Source: the human T2T-CHM13v2.0 reference genome, Homo sapiens. From it: DNA of 64,000 bases. Below are positions 11,646 to 25,810 of the stretch, piece after piece. A program made the position numbers and the translations under genes. The stretch lies in assembly GCF_009914755.1 (NCBI RefSeq), contig NC_060945.1; one strand, given 5' to 3'. Every line of letters starts with the position of its first letter. Position 1 is the first letter of the stretch. The notes beneath the pieces were generated by a model. It was not told the DNA's origin and ran no database searches. It worked only from the letters and a program-made list of their open reading frames with translations.

Positions 11646-12711
11646 TATCAGGGAATCTACCCCGATATTCATGTAGGTTCTTTTCTATTTTCCCTAAGCA
11701 TTGGCCAGCTTGAGAAATAAAGGGACAGAGTACAAAAGAGAGAAATTTTAAAGCTGGGCACCCGGGGGAGACATCACACGTTGGTAGGATCTGTGATGCC
11801 CCACAAGCCACAAAAACCAGCAAGTTTTTATTAGAGATTTTCAAAAGGGGAGGGAGTGTGTGAATAGGTGTGGGTCACAGACATCAAGTACTTTACAAGG
11901 TAATAGAATATCACAAGGCAAGTGGAGGCAGGGCAAGATCACAGGACCACAGGACCGAGGTGAAATCAAATTGCTAATGAAGTTTCAGGCACCATTGTCA
12001 TTGATAACATCTCATCAGGAGACAGGGTTTTGAGATCAACTGGTCTGACCAAAATTTATTAGGCAGGAATTTCCTCTTCCTAATAAGCCTGGGAGCGCTA
12101 TGGGAGACTGGAGTCTATTTCATCTCTGCAGCCTTGACCATAAGAGATGGCTATGCCCAGGGGGGCCAGTTTAGAGACCTACCTGCAGGCGCACATTCTC
12201 TTTCTCAGGGATGTTCCATGCTGAGAAAAAGAATTCAGCGGTATTTCTCCCATTTGCTTTTGAAAGAAGAGAAATATGGCTCTGTTCTGCTCAGCTCACC
12301 GGCAGTCAGAGTTTAAGGTTATCTCTCTTGTTTCCTAAACATTGCTGTTACCTTGTTCTTTTTGAAGGTGCCCAGATTTCATATTGTTTAAACACACATG
12401 CTCTACAATTTGTGCAGTTAATGCAATTATCACATGGTCCTGAGGTGACATACATCCTCCTCGGCTGACAGGATTAAGAGACTAAAGTAAAGACAGGCAC
12501 AGGAAATCACAAGGGTATTGATTGGGGAAGTGATAAATGTCCATGAAATCTTCACAACTTATGTTTAGAGACTGCAGTAAAGACAGGCATAAGAAATATA
12601 AAAGTATTAATTTGGGGAACTAATAAATGTCCATGAAATCTTCACAATCCACGTTCTTCTGCCATGGCTTCAGCCGGTCCCTCCGTTTGGGGTCCCTGAC
12701 TTCCCGCAACA
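11646..12711 (-). mobile_element. MER11 (probably MER11C) solo LTR of HERV-K11/HML-8
   Basis: Minus strand starts tgttgcgggaagtcagggacccc. Length 1066 bp, with a perfect 6-bp TSD gtctcc at 11640-11645 and 12712-12717. Confidence 0.92.
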
Positions 12712-13844
12712 GTCTCCTTGGGATTTTGATTTGTCTTTGATCAAGAAGGGTTAGGCTTGTGCAAACGGCAGTATGCCTACAATCTCAATTGTCGACGTTT
12801 GCCAGACAACGGCTTTGCTCAGGGCCTGGGGCATTGGCCACAAATCTGTTCAATTAATACCAATTGACCAAATAACCAAGATGTTATATTGGCCAAACTA
12901 ACAGACTGCAGTGTTTTACAGGATTGCTTAAGAACTTTAACAGAAATGTTTTAACATTAACAAGAATTTGGTTTCGATTAATAGATATATAGAAACACAT
13001 ATTTTATCATCAGTAACTAAAATTGTAGTATTTAGCATTGAAGTTGTTTATATTATGCTAACATCTAAGAGACAAAAAAATAAGCTAATTGATTGGCCTG
13101 GTGAATAGATTTTAACCCAAGACACCATGTACAGTTGCAAAGGCTGTGCACTATACCACCTCAAGAACTCTATGTGCATAGCCATGATGTGAGTGTGCCT
13201 CCAAAACTGCATAGCACAGCAACCATGGCTTCAACAAATTCACTCCTCCTCAACCTAAGACCCCTGTCTTCATATTAATTGCCCATTTCTCTGTGACCAT
13301 GGACTTTTTCTCTGGTTCCCCAGAGAAAAAGAGAGATGACTTTTTCTCATTCCCCAAAGCCATCACCATCCTGTCCTTTTCAGAACCCCATAACAAGACC
13401 CTCTTTGTTAATGCATTTCCATTCTGTTCTCTGACTCCCCTGCCTGCTTACACCCAACCCCACTCTGCCAAGAAATGTATGCACATCCTAATGCAGACAT
13501 GTTGTGCAAACAAGTCTTTTACCTAAGAACTACTGCAGGTGCAGGAATCCAGCACCATGAAGGTTGGAATGGGGAAGTTTACCAGCAGCAGATGGGGCAT
13601 ACCTGATAGAGAAATTCCAAAGAGGGATAATAAGACTCTGCCTGCCTCCTTCATGGAAATATACTCTGAGGTGGAAATGTACACAGTGTTCCCATAAGGG
13701 GCTTAGAACCATCATAAATGCATTATGCACAGATACAGCATAAATGTGGGGATGGGGGGGTCACAAGTGGCTGGTGCATCAAGGACTCCCAGGCTGTAGG
13801 TGACACTCTGGGATGTCATCATACCACTTAGCACCCCCATTATT

Positions 13845-14400
13845 CTTTTTAATTAAAATGAAATTCACATAATATAAAATTAATCATTTTAAAAGGAACA
13901 ATTCAGTGGCATTCAGTATATTCACAATGTTGTGCAACCACCACCTCCATCTAGTTCCAGAACATTCCAGCACCCCAAAAGAAAGTCTCATACCCATTAA
14001 GCAGCGATTCCCCATTCTCCCTCCCCCATCTCCCACCCTGACCCTTGACAACCACTAATCTGCTTTTTGTCTCTTTGAATGCCCCTATTCTGGGCATTTT
14101 ATATAAATGGAATCGTACAACATGTGACCTTTTGTATCTGCCTTCTTCGACTTAGCATAATATTTTCGAGATTCATCCAGGTTGTAACGCGTGTCAGTCC
14201 TCCATTCTTTTTTATGGCTGAATAATGGTCCAATATATGAAAAGACTACATTTTGTTTAACCATGCCTCCAATAACGGACATCTGAGTTGCTTCCACTTT
14301 TTAGCTATCATGAATAATGCTGCTACAAACATTTGTGTGGAACTATTTCTTGAGTGCTGTTTTCAGCTCTCTTGGATGTATACCCAGGAATGGAATTGCA
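13845..14400 (-). mobile_element. L1MB-like 3' end fragment
   Basis: aattcagtggcattcagtatattcacaatgttgtgcaacc...tatcatgaataatgctgct is typical of an antisense L1MB 3' region. Confidence 0.85.
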
Positions 14401-14456
14401 TCTTCATCATGATATCCTCTCATTTTTCCAGCCTTTATTCTGAATCTTTTTAGAGG

Positions 14457-14671
14457 TCAAGGAAAGCAAACTTTTCCTGTAAATAAGCAGATAGTAAATA
14501 TTTTAGGCTTTGCAAGCCAGGTGGTCTCTGATGCAACTACTCAACTCTACCTTTGTAGCATGAAGCAACCACAGACAATCCATAAAAAGTTTATTGTTCT
14601 TCAATAAAATTTATTCACAAAAACAGACAAAGGGCCAGATTTGGCCCTCAGGCCGTGGTTTGCCAACCCCA
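14457..14671 (+). mobile_element. MER58A hAT-Charlie MITE
   Basis: gcaaacttttcctgtaa...cagatagtaaatattttaggctttg...gggccagatttggccc...tttgccaacccc. Confidence 0.85.
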
Positions 14672-15558
14672 GCTCTAGGACAAGCCCAAGTGGATGCAGC
14701 CTCTTCCAAGTGCCCCATTTCACAGGAGAGGCACCTCCTCCAACCTAGCTTTCTATTGCCAGTGAGGATGAGCAAGGGAGACGGACTTAGCCTGTGGCAG
14801 AAGAGTTGAGGAACTGCCTTTAAAACTGATTATGAAATATGTGAAATCTTGGGATGTGCTTCTGCTATGAAGAGCAGCATTGTGCTCTCTGTTGATGTTT
14901 AAGAGTTAGGCTACCATCTTTCAGGTGGTTTTTGAGAATAAAAGTTTGATGAGTACCTTGACCAATCTCTTGGTGTCCTTTCAAACATTCACCCTTTCTG
15001 AGATTTATCAGGGGAGAAAGGGTCGCTCATGCTCAAAAGCTCATTCACCCAACAAGCATTTACTGAGCCTTTACTGTGTGCAGGCACTATACTAAATCCT
15101 TGGTATTTAAAATGATGCATTCCTGGAGGTTTTCTTTGGCAAGTTGGCTTGGATACCTCTAGTAATGGGGAGCTCACTACCTACACAGGGCATCCTACCC
15201 CATGGCTGCGCAGTTCTTTGCTCCTCAGAAGTACCTAAACCTCACCAGTATGCTTACACACCTCCCTCCCACCAGTCAAATATCAACAGGCACCCCCACC
15301 ATAAACAGGTACACAGAGAACAGGTGAGGAAATGAGGAAATAGCAAGCAAACAAACAAACAAAGAAACACTGACGGCAACTTTTCTTACTCCTGGTATTT
15401 CTAAAAAGCAGAACAAAATCAATTTCACACCCAAGACATCTTGAAATGTTCCCAAACTTGGGCAAAGTTGACAGCTGAATTCTAAGGAGCTGCTTCCCAT
15501 TAAGAAGAGGATATTAGGAAAGAAAATTATCAGAACTCTTTGTTTAAACCATGGTCTC

Positions 15559-15870
15559 AGCCAGGCACAGTGACTCAGGCCTATAATCCCAGAACTTTGT
15601 GGGGCCAAAACGGGCAGATTGCTTGAGCCCAGGAGTTAAAGACCAGCCTGGGCAATGTACCGAGATCCCATCTCTACAAAAACTTAAAAACTTAGCTGGA
15701 CATGATGGGGTGAACCTGTGGTACCAGCAGCTACTCAGGAGGCTAAGGAGGGAGGATCGCTTGAGCCCAGGAGGTCAAGCCTGCAGTGAGCCATGACTGC
15801 ACCACTGCACTCCAGCCTGGGCAACAGAACACAGTGAGACCCTCTCTCAAAAAACAAAAACAAACAAATA
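15559..15870 (+). mobile_element. AluJ SINE
   Basis: Dimer with gaggatcgcttgagcccagg and an A-rich tail. Confidence 0.92.
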
Positions 15871-15899
15871 ACCTTGTCTCCAGAAGAGGCAAATGAGAG

Positions 15900-16130
15900 G
15901 CAGGACAGCACAGAGACGGAAAACTCAGGTCTTGGGGCCTGGCAGGTCTGGGTTTGAAGGCCGCTCTTTCCCCCTTTAGCTGAGGGACCTGGTGCATGTC
16001 ATTTCTTAGAGGAGGCTGAGTTTCCTCAACTGTAAAACCCGGTTAGAATAGTACCAGTTTCATAGGATGGCTGTGGGATGGAATGAGACACGCCATCTGT
16101 AGTGGTCACACAGAGCCACGAGCTATTAGT
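15900..16130 (+). mobile_element. MIR fragment
   Basis: MIR core-like gagtttcctcaactgtaaaa...tcataggatggctgtgggatggaatgag. Confidence 0.55.
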
Positions 16131-16627
16131 AAGTCAGTTGGCCTTCCCACCTGGCCACTCTCTTGCGGCTAAACAGAAGAAGGTGCAGAAACACCACAGA
16201 GATGGCTCATAAGTGCCACGTGGGGCTATGGATTCAATTAAAAGAAAAAATAAAGTCTGGAGGAAATGGAGGCAGGCAGAGGTCAGGGACAGGAGAAAAG
16301 GCGAAAAAGCACAAGTGGGGCACCCAAATGCGGAAGCCACTAGAAGCGGCGCCCCAACCCCACCCCTGCAAGAGCCTCCAAGAAACACTTGGCTGCGTCA
16401 CAGGCTTCACCCCTTCCCGCCCACACGCCTGCAAGATCCTGTTCTCAAGCTGCAGTCTTTGCAGAGTCGCAACCCACGAACAAGTTACGAAATCCATTCC
16501 AATGGCCGCAGCCGGCAATGGACAAACATGAAACTAGAACAGGTCAGAGTGCATAGCACATCTGGGGGAAATACTGTATTGTTGAACCTTTTCAGTAATA
16601 CGCACATGTGTATACCTGCTTATGTCA

Positions 16628-16870
<243 letters not shown>

Positions 16871-16887
16871 TCAGATAAACCTTTCCT

Positions 16888-17090
16888 ATTATATATATGT
16901 ATACGCAATGTATATATCATACATTCACACATATACACATATGTACGTATGTATATATATATACATTCACACATATATACATATCTACATATGTATATAC
17001 ACACATCCACACATATATACATATGTACGTATGTATATACATATTTTGTTAAATTGTTTTTGGTTTTACACATATGTATATGCACACATG
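16888..17090. repeat. degenerate (TA)n/(CATA)n microsatellite
   Basis: Repeated atatatacat/cacatatatac units. Confidence 0.85.
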
Positions 17091-18047
17091 TAATAGAACA
17101 TGGGCTTCTTGCTGTCAGTTACAGCCAGGGAGATTGAAGCCGCTGGCTAAAGCACCCTTCAGGAGCAGCTCTCAGGGCTCTGGGAGCCCCTGGCAGCTCT
17201 ATCCTGTGGCTCCACCGTGCTGCCAGGGAGAGCGAGCAGGGCAGAGGCCAGCCAGCAATGGCTTTCCCTGTGGGGAGCAATGGGATGTTCATCTATTTCC
17301 TGAAGAGGCCAGGGCATAACATTAATTCTAAATGGAACAATTAAATTCCAATTAAAAATCAATTTTAAAATGTGAAAAAGTAATAGGTACCAACCGATGT
17401 CTCTTTGCATCCGTGAGACTTTCCTGGTCCCCTATGCCAAAGTTATAAGCAAAGCTCGCACCAGAGAAAGTTCCGATTTTTCATGAACCTGAGTCAGATT
17501 CTCTGGAACCAAAGATTAGAGTATTGATTCTTCCAGCATTCAGCACATCTGATAGCACCCAGGGGGTTATAAATGGCAACAAATCCTGTGAAACATCAGC
17601 CCAGAGAATACCGTCTTTATTTTACAACACTTACAAAGAGATCCCCTAAGGTTTATTTTAAAAATAAATAACATTATAAAAAGCAATTTTAGTCACCAGC
17701 CTGTTACAGCAAAATATCTGAGCCCCAGAATCCTAGGCAGACATCATCACCAGCCCGTGTGTGATTAGGAAAACGGGGTCTGGTGAGGGTGGCGCCCCAC
17801 TCAGTTGAGAGGCTCCCCTCTCAATCCCTGTCCATTTATCCTGCTGGGAGCTCTGTGGTTTGGGTCTCTATGTCTTCCTTTTTTTGAGGTGTTCAATTTT
17901 TCCCCAAGTCAAAAGGGGTGGCATCCTTCTAAGTCACCAGCTAAGAACATCAAAAACCCCAGGGCTCCATGTCCTGCTGAAGGTCAGGGCGAGGTCTCCG
18001 CCCCTCAGCACCAGCCCTCACTCTCCTTCCCCCTCCATAAGAAGGAG

Positions 18048-19008
<961 letters not shown>

Positions 19009-19419
19009 ACCCTCATCAAAAACTCAGCTCACGGGGCTGACACACACAGGAGACCCCTAACCAAGGCTGTGGGCCAAGTGGGTGCAGACTCCGAGAGAGG
19101 CTGCGGGGAGATGGCTGCTCCTCAGTCATCCATCAGCATCTTCACCACATTCACACTTTATAATAACTAAACTGACTCAAAGCGTTTTGTGGAGCAGAAA
19201 TGGATGATGATAAATGTTTTATTCTCACATAACAGTTTACGGACGGTACGCAAGCCACTGCACTAGAACCCCACAACTGCTAGGCTGGCAAGCTGGGTAT
19301 GTTGTCATTTCTTAAATAAAGAAACTGAGACGCAAAGGAATGTAATGCTTTGTTCAGAGTCATTGAACCCACCTGCCGGTGGCAGAGAAAAGCCTCACAG
19401 CTGTCTTCTGACGCCAAGT

Positions 19420-19545
19420 CCCGGCACCTGGCTGGGCTGCCGCTCCAGGTGCGGGCATATACTGCGCATGCGCTCTGTGCTGGCCTCCCCACCCCTCCCC
19501 CGTCCCTCCGGCCCCGCCTTCCACACCCCTGTCCAGCCCCCTGGT
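19420..19545. promoter_or_regulatory. candidate promoter/enhancer with NRF1, SP/KLF motifs and a CpG cluster
   Basis: TGCGCATGCGC at 19463-19473, GC box cccccgcc at about 19512, CACCC box ccacaccc at 19521, E-box caggtg, and locally retained CpGs. Confidence 0.5.
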
Positions 19546-19944
19546 ATGAACTTAGGTGCATGGGACACCCTGTGACGACGATCATTAGGACAAGTATGCA
19601 CTTGCTTATTGGCCTGGGAGTCCCTTGGCTTCTCACAAGCTTGAAGCGCTGCGCCCCCATTGTCCCAGTGCTATGACAAGCCATGCAAAGGTAAACAATA
19701 ACTAGTGGTCACAAGGCGGGACAGTCCACTTTCCCCAGAATATCTGCAAAAATGCATGCCAAAGGTAGTAAGCCATTTCCATTTTCCGACCCGCTGCTGC
19801 ACTTACAGTCCTCCTGCTCCTCCAGCTGGGTCTCCCAATAAAATCCAACGCCTGGAGAGGGAAGGTTCTGGCTCCTGGCCCGTCACTGGGCTGGCCTGGA
19901 TGGTGGCCTGGTGATGCCGGGGAAGCCAGCTTCATCCACGCCAG

Positions 19945-20109
19945 TCCTCTCATCTCCCCGTGCAGGGAGTAGAAAGGACACTTTCCTCCCATCTCCCCGT
20001 GCAGGGAGTAGAAAGGACACTTTCCTCCCATCTCCCCGTGCAGGGAGTAGAAAGGACACTTTCCTCCCATCTCCCCGTGCAGGGAGTAGAAAGGACACTT
20101 TCCTCCCAT
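19945..20109. repeat. 39-bp VNTR, 4 identical copies plus partial units
   Basis: Unit catctccccgtgcagggagtagaaaggacactttcctcc starts at 19951, 19990, 20029 and 20068. Confidence 0.97.
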
Positions 20110-21156
20110 TTTTATGGATTCAAAAACAGAGCCCACCAGTGTGTGTGCGAGCCGGGTTGGCACCTGAGTCCCCACCCCACCCCTTGGTTCAATGTAGGAC
20201 AAAGAGGGCTCACGGGCTCCACGCCTGCTGCATGAGACTGAATTATCCTTCCTCTCTGTTTTACAGTCATGATTGCCCTGCAAAAGAACTTTCCGGCAAA
20301 AACAGCCCTTCGTCCTCTTCCCCCGTCTTCTGACCTCTCAAATTTCCCTCCAGTTTCTGGAACTTCTTTGAAGGGAATCTCCCTAAACTACTCGTCACAA
20401 AATTACATGGGGTGGAGCTGGAACATTTTTGTTTAGGATGCAAGATCCTGTTTAAACTGCACTCTGTTTTGCAAGCTCTGGTGTTTAGCCTCTCTATATC
20501 TCCTGGGCTTGTGGGGGTGGGGCAGGGGTGGGAGTGGCGTGACTCACTGCAGCAGGTTGCATAAACCTTATTGGTGCAAGATGAGTGAGAATTCAGGTGC
20601 ACATCTTTGAATGACCACCTGCATATCATCAGCCCTTGGATAGCATCTCTACTTTCTTGGGAGATTGGAGGTAAGGATACAAAACACCACAGAGACTCAC
20701 CGAGTCTCTAAGCAAAAAAGAGTCAACAGCAGCTGAATGTTGGTGGGCAGGGACACCCTGTGACGTTCAGGTGAAGTTCAGGACCCAGCCCTGTTGAGTT
20801 TGAGCAAGGTCAACATTTTCCTAACATCTTCTGGGTATTTCCACAGTTGAGAATACCAAATGATGTGGGCAGCTTGCTGGGTGCCAAGTACAACATGACG
20901 GACCCACTTACTGGGTCCATTTACTGCCAAGCCGGGCACTTACTGGGCCCACGCTAGTGGCTGTACTGCTGTGTGGCCAGACCTGGCTGTGGGAGGTGGG
21001 AGGTAATCAGGGCTTCACAAAGAGAGAACAGACATTTCCTCCACAGTGAAGGAGGAGCTGCCACTCCCACCTTCCCTCCACCTTCTGGCCAGTGTCTCTA
21101 ACATGCTCAGCACAAGTGTCACCTGGGGTGCCTGCTAAAGATACAGGTTCTAATGG

Positions 21157-21499
<343 letters not shown>

Positions 21500-21519
21500 T
21501 CAACAAGCACCCCCATATG

Positions 21520-21812
21520 CCCGTGGTTCTCGAGTACTGATGGGCATCAGAATCTCCAGACACTTGTCAAAATCCACGCCTTTACATTTACCCCAGTCTA
21601 TGAATCAGCATCTCCAGAAACCAGGCCAGGTGATTCTCAGGCATCTAAAGTTTGAGATCCTACTTTGGATGAGTGATTTTCAAAGTGGAGTCCCCAGACA
21701 AGCAGCTCCTGTGTCACCTGGGAGCTTGTTAGGCACATTCTTGGGTCCCACCCCAGACCTCCTGAGTCAGAAACTCGGGATGAGGCCCCACCCTCCAGGT
21801 GAGAGCCACTGG
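21520..21812. mobile_element. adjacent MER5B/MER5A-like fragments
   Basis: gcatcagaatctcca...ccaggtgattct...aagtttgaga, then tcacctgggagcttgttag...ccccagacctcctgagtcagaaac. Confidence 0.6.
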
Positions 21813-22942
21813 AGTTAGACTGTGAGCTTCCCAAGGCCATGCACTTGTCCTGGTCACAGCTTAGAGTGTGGTACTTGGTGCTGAGTCAGCACGGGGGCTC
21901 TCCCTGGCTTCTAAGAGAAGTGAATGAGTTTTCCTCACCACTGACTGCCCAGGACACCCCATCTGGGCCAGAAGGAGCTGCCTGCTGTCTCCTTCTCCCA
22001 GGGGCCAGAATACAGCTCCTTAGGCACCTGTATTTGCAGGAAAGGCTGCTGTATGGGGAGAGAGCAGGCCTTGCCCTCAGTTTGGCTAACTTCTCACAGC
22101 TCCAGTTTCATCTATCTTGCTCTACCGCTGCAAAAGAATTGCCCCATGCCTTATGCATTTTGCCTCAGAGTCCCAGGAGTGCAATGTCCAATGTGGGGTG
22201 TGCTTTCTCTACTAGCTTAAAGTACAGAACAAATACCCCTCTGCTCCTATATGAACATGAACTGTTCATTCTAGTGATGGCTCTGAACAAAGCCGGGGGT
22301 CCCCTTTAAGTTGGCTTGAACATTTGCATTTCTGTTCCAGTCCTACTCATTTACAGATAACACACGGAGCCCTCCAAGCCCTTGCCACCCCTTTCCAGTC
22401 CTATTCCACTCTTCCCTCACCCTTCCCAGACCAGCTCAAGCACCCCTCATCCAGGAAACTTCCCCAGCCCTTTCCAGCTCTGGCTGATCTACCTGCTCTC
22501 CAAAGGTGAAGAAGCCGTTGCCTTCAGTGAGAATTTGGCACTTTGGGGCTCTCTTGAACCTTTGTCTTATTTCCCCAATAAAAGTGATAGTCCGATCAGG
22601 GCAGGGTCAATATTTATTGTCTTATTTTCATTCCGTCAAATTACTCAGCACCCCAGAGAGTTTTGATCATGAAGGTGCTCAGTAAGTGTTGGATGGCAGC
22701 ATAGAGGTCAATCACAAAAGCAAGAAACCACACAGCCACTGCTGCAGATGAATGTCTCTGGATCTGCCCACACCCTTAGAATGGTTCCAGATCAACTGGG
22801 CGTCTGTCCAGCAGCCTAGGAGTGAGCTTTGGATCCTTTACAAAAACAAGAAGGCAGTAGCACCCCCTGAAAACCATGCCTTACAGTTAACCTGCCTCTA
22901 AGGTACAGGCCCTTCCAACCTGCTGTTTAGCAGGGAGAAGGG

Positions 22943-23272
<330 letters not shown>

Positions 23273-25018
23273 TCAACAGACCTATGTTCAAATTAATCAC
23301 TACGTATTATTAATATCAAAATAACTGTTAACCTACAGCTGACCTCAGCCACTGCCCTCTGCTGGCCCACTCTGGAGGGATCTGGCTCTGCACCCCGGAT
23401 TTCTGCCCTTCCTGCACCCTCCCAGGAGGACGCTGCTCCTACCCTATGTTGGGGGGCATTTGAGTTTGGAGATCAAGGAGAACTGCGAAGAGAAGAGAAG
23501 AAGAGCTTCAGTCATGGCTGGAGGGAGGCATTGGAAAGGAGGTCAGAAGGACGCAGTCAGAGAGTGTGGGAAAATTGGAATGCCGGAAGAAGGAGAAATG
23601 AAATGAGAAGGGGTGCTGGGGATAAGTTGGATCCCCTTTAATATACTTCCAGAAGTGCAAATAAATGATGGGATTTCCTTTACATTGATCTTCAATGATC
23701 AAACTGTGCTTCTTAAACTAAACATGATTCTCAGAGACAGTCACGGCTGCAATGCGGTTACAATGATGAGAAGCCTTTCCTGGCCCTGGAGCTAACTACA
23801 TCCCATGCAACTGGCCCCGACATAGGTACTGCTGTCATAATGACCTTGCAGGTGGGGACAGTCAGGCAGACAAGAGGTTGCCCTAGGCCCCACAGCTGGG
23901 CAAGGCAAAGCCCAAAATAGAGTTCATGCTGGTGCCAGGTCAGTGCTCTCAGACACTCATGTCCTGTCTCTAGGCAGGGCCAGCCCCTCCCCGTGCAGGG
24001 CTCCAGCCAGGCTCTCACCCCCTTCCTTAAAAGTGAACCGGATCCAGGACCAACAGCTTGAGACAGCACTCTGGGAAGCTGATCCCCAAGTTGACGTCTG
24101 AGGCTCAAATTCTCTCTGATTCAACCCCACGAGGAGCCAGCTGGGGTCTGAGCCGGGGCAGCAGGGACAGAGCTGCCGCCGGGGGTCTGCTGCCAGCGGG
24201 CATCGCCGAGGAGGGCGCAGCCTGCGGGCTGGATAGAAACCAGACAAAGGGCACTCCAGGCCCACCGGGCCGGCCATCCGGAGGGTCTACAGCTAATTAA
24301 GACTGAAGGGAGCACTGAATAACCCTTTTGTGGATCAAAAGCACTCTGTTGGAAACCCAGCTGACAACTCCAACAAAACTGACTTCATGGTTTCTTATGA
24401 GAAAACTGTGAATACATCGAGGACTGAAGAAGCGCTTTGTTCCAGACCTTCGTGGGACCACCAGAGATTCAGATTACAAAGCGGCCCTGCCCGGCTGCAA
24501 CAAACAGCGCCTCGCTGAAGCCAAGGCTGTCTCGGTGTAGGAAAGCCAGAAATAACACATTACACTGAAGCCGGGGCATGGTGTGGCCACGACTGCTCGC
24601 TCATGTGCTTCATTTACAGAAAAGGACACACACACCCCACCACAATCCGATTAGAACCAGACAAGACTGGAAGGCTGGGCACAAATCACACTGAGCCCCT
24701 CCCCCAAGAGGGTCTCCTCTGAGCCTGTATCAGGATGGGTTCTTCGGACATTTAAAGGCAACTGAAAATACAAAGGCTCCTTTCACTTCTGCACTCCAGG
24801 CTGCTCTCGGGCATCACCCAGAACTTCAAACACGCCCCATGCCAGGATCCCAGCCCCAGGGACTGTAATGTAATTGACCTCGGTGCAGCCTGACGTCAGC
24901 ATTTGTAGGAGCTACCTGGGTGTCGTGAGTTGGATGGTGCCCCCTCCCAGAAGATATGTCCACCCAGAACCTCCAAATGTGACTTGACTGGAATAAGGGT
25001 CTTTGTAGATATCATTAA

Positions 25019-25513
25019 CCCTTTTCCCACTTGCCCAAGAATACTCCCCAGCAGCATTTACCCCAAGATAACTTTGCTGCAAAATACCTTGCTTTTATTA
25101 TTATTTTCAAATCGCTCTAGTGTATTGACTTTGGAAACAAAACACATCATTCCATTTATAGCATTCTGGTTTTAGTAGTGGTATTTCCATTTACAAAACT
25201 ATAGTAATTCTCGAGTGCTGAAAATGTCAAATCCTAGAAAACGTCGCATTCCTGCACGTGATGTTAACATTGTTCTTGAAAACAGTTATTGGCCAGAGAT
25301 TCATTTGATGAATCCGATTCTTCCGAAACAGATGATTCTGATGATTTAGACGATTCTGATGTTAGTTCTGTGCAGAAATAACTCCAAGAACAGTTTTTGT
25401 ATTTTATTTTCACATTGAAAATCCATCAGATTTGCTTCAGCCTCAAAGAGCATGTTTATGTAAAAAATGAGTACTGGCAGTGAGCTGCACTTTATTTTCT
25501 AAACGGAAAAAGG
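25019..25513 (+). mobile_element. MER75 non-autonomous piggyBac element
   Basis: TIRs cccttttcc/ggaaaaggg, flanked by TTAA (25015-25018) and TGAA (25514-25517). Body matches recalled MER75. Confidence 0.9.
25224..25381 (+). pseudogene. frameshifted remnant of a piggyBac transposase N-terminus (PGBD4-like)
   Basis: Translates MSNPRKRRIPARDVNIVLE, then after a 2-nt frameshift QLLARDSFDESDSSETDDSDD. Resembles the recalled PGBD4 start MSNPRKRSIP...EQLLAEDSFDESD. Confidence 0.75.
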
Positions 25514-25810
25514 GTGAAGGTAAAGATCTCTAGATGAGATCATCCTGGATGAGGGCGGGCCCTAAATCCAATGACTCGTGTCCTCATAGGAGACAGAAAA
25601 GGAGATCCTGCAAACAAGGCCGTGTGAAGACAGAGGCAGAGACTGGAGTGATGCTGGTTCCATACAAGGAAGGCCAAGGATGGAGGTCATGAGGAACAGG
25701 AGGGAAGCCTGGAATACATGTTCCCATGCAGCTGCCAGCAGGGGCCACCCTGCCCACACCTTGACTTTGGCCTTCGGAACTGTGAGGGAGCAAATTTCTG
25801 TGTTCTAAGC

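Noticed and set aside
12486-12646. Direct repeat of about 70 bp (90-bp period) inside the LTR
   Set aside because: As recalled, it is part of the MER11 consensus and not specific to this locus.
19702-20333. 193-aa and 140-aa ORFs with 13-aa repeats
   Set aside because: Their length is inflated by the 39-bp VNTR and there is no recognisable domain.
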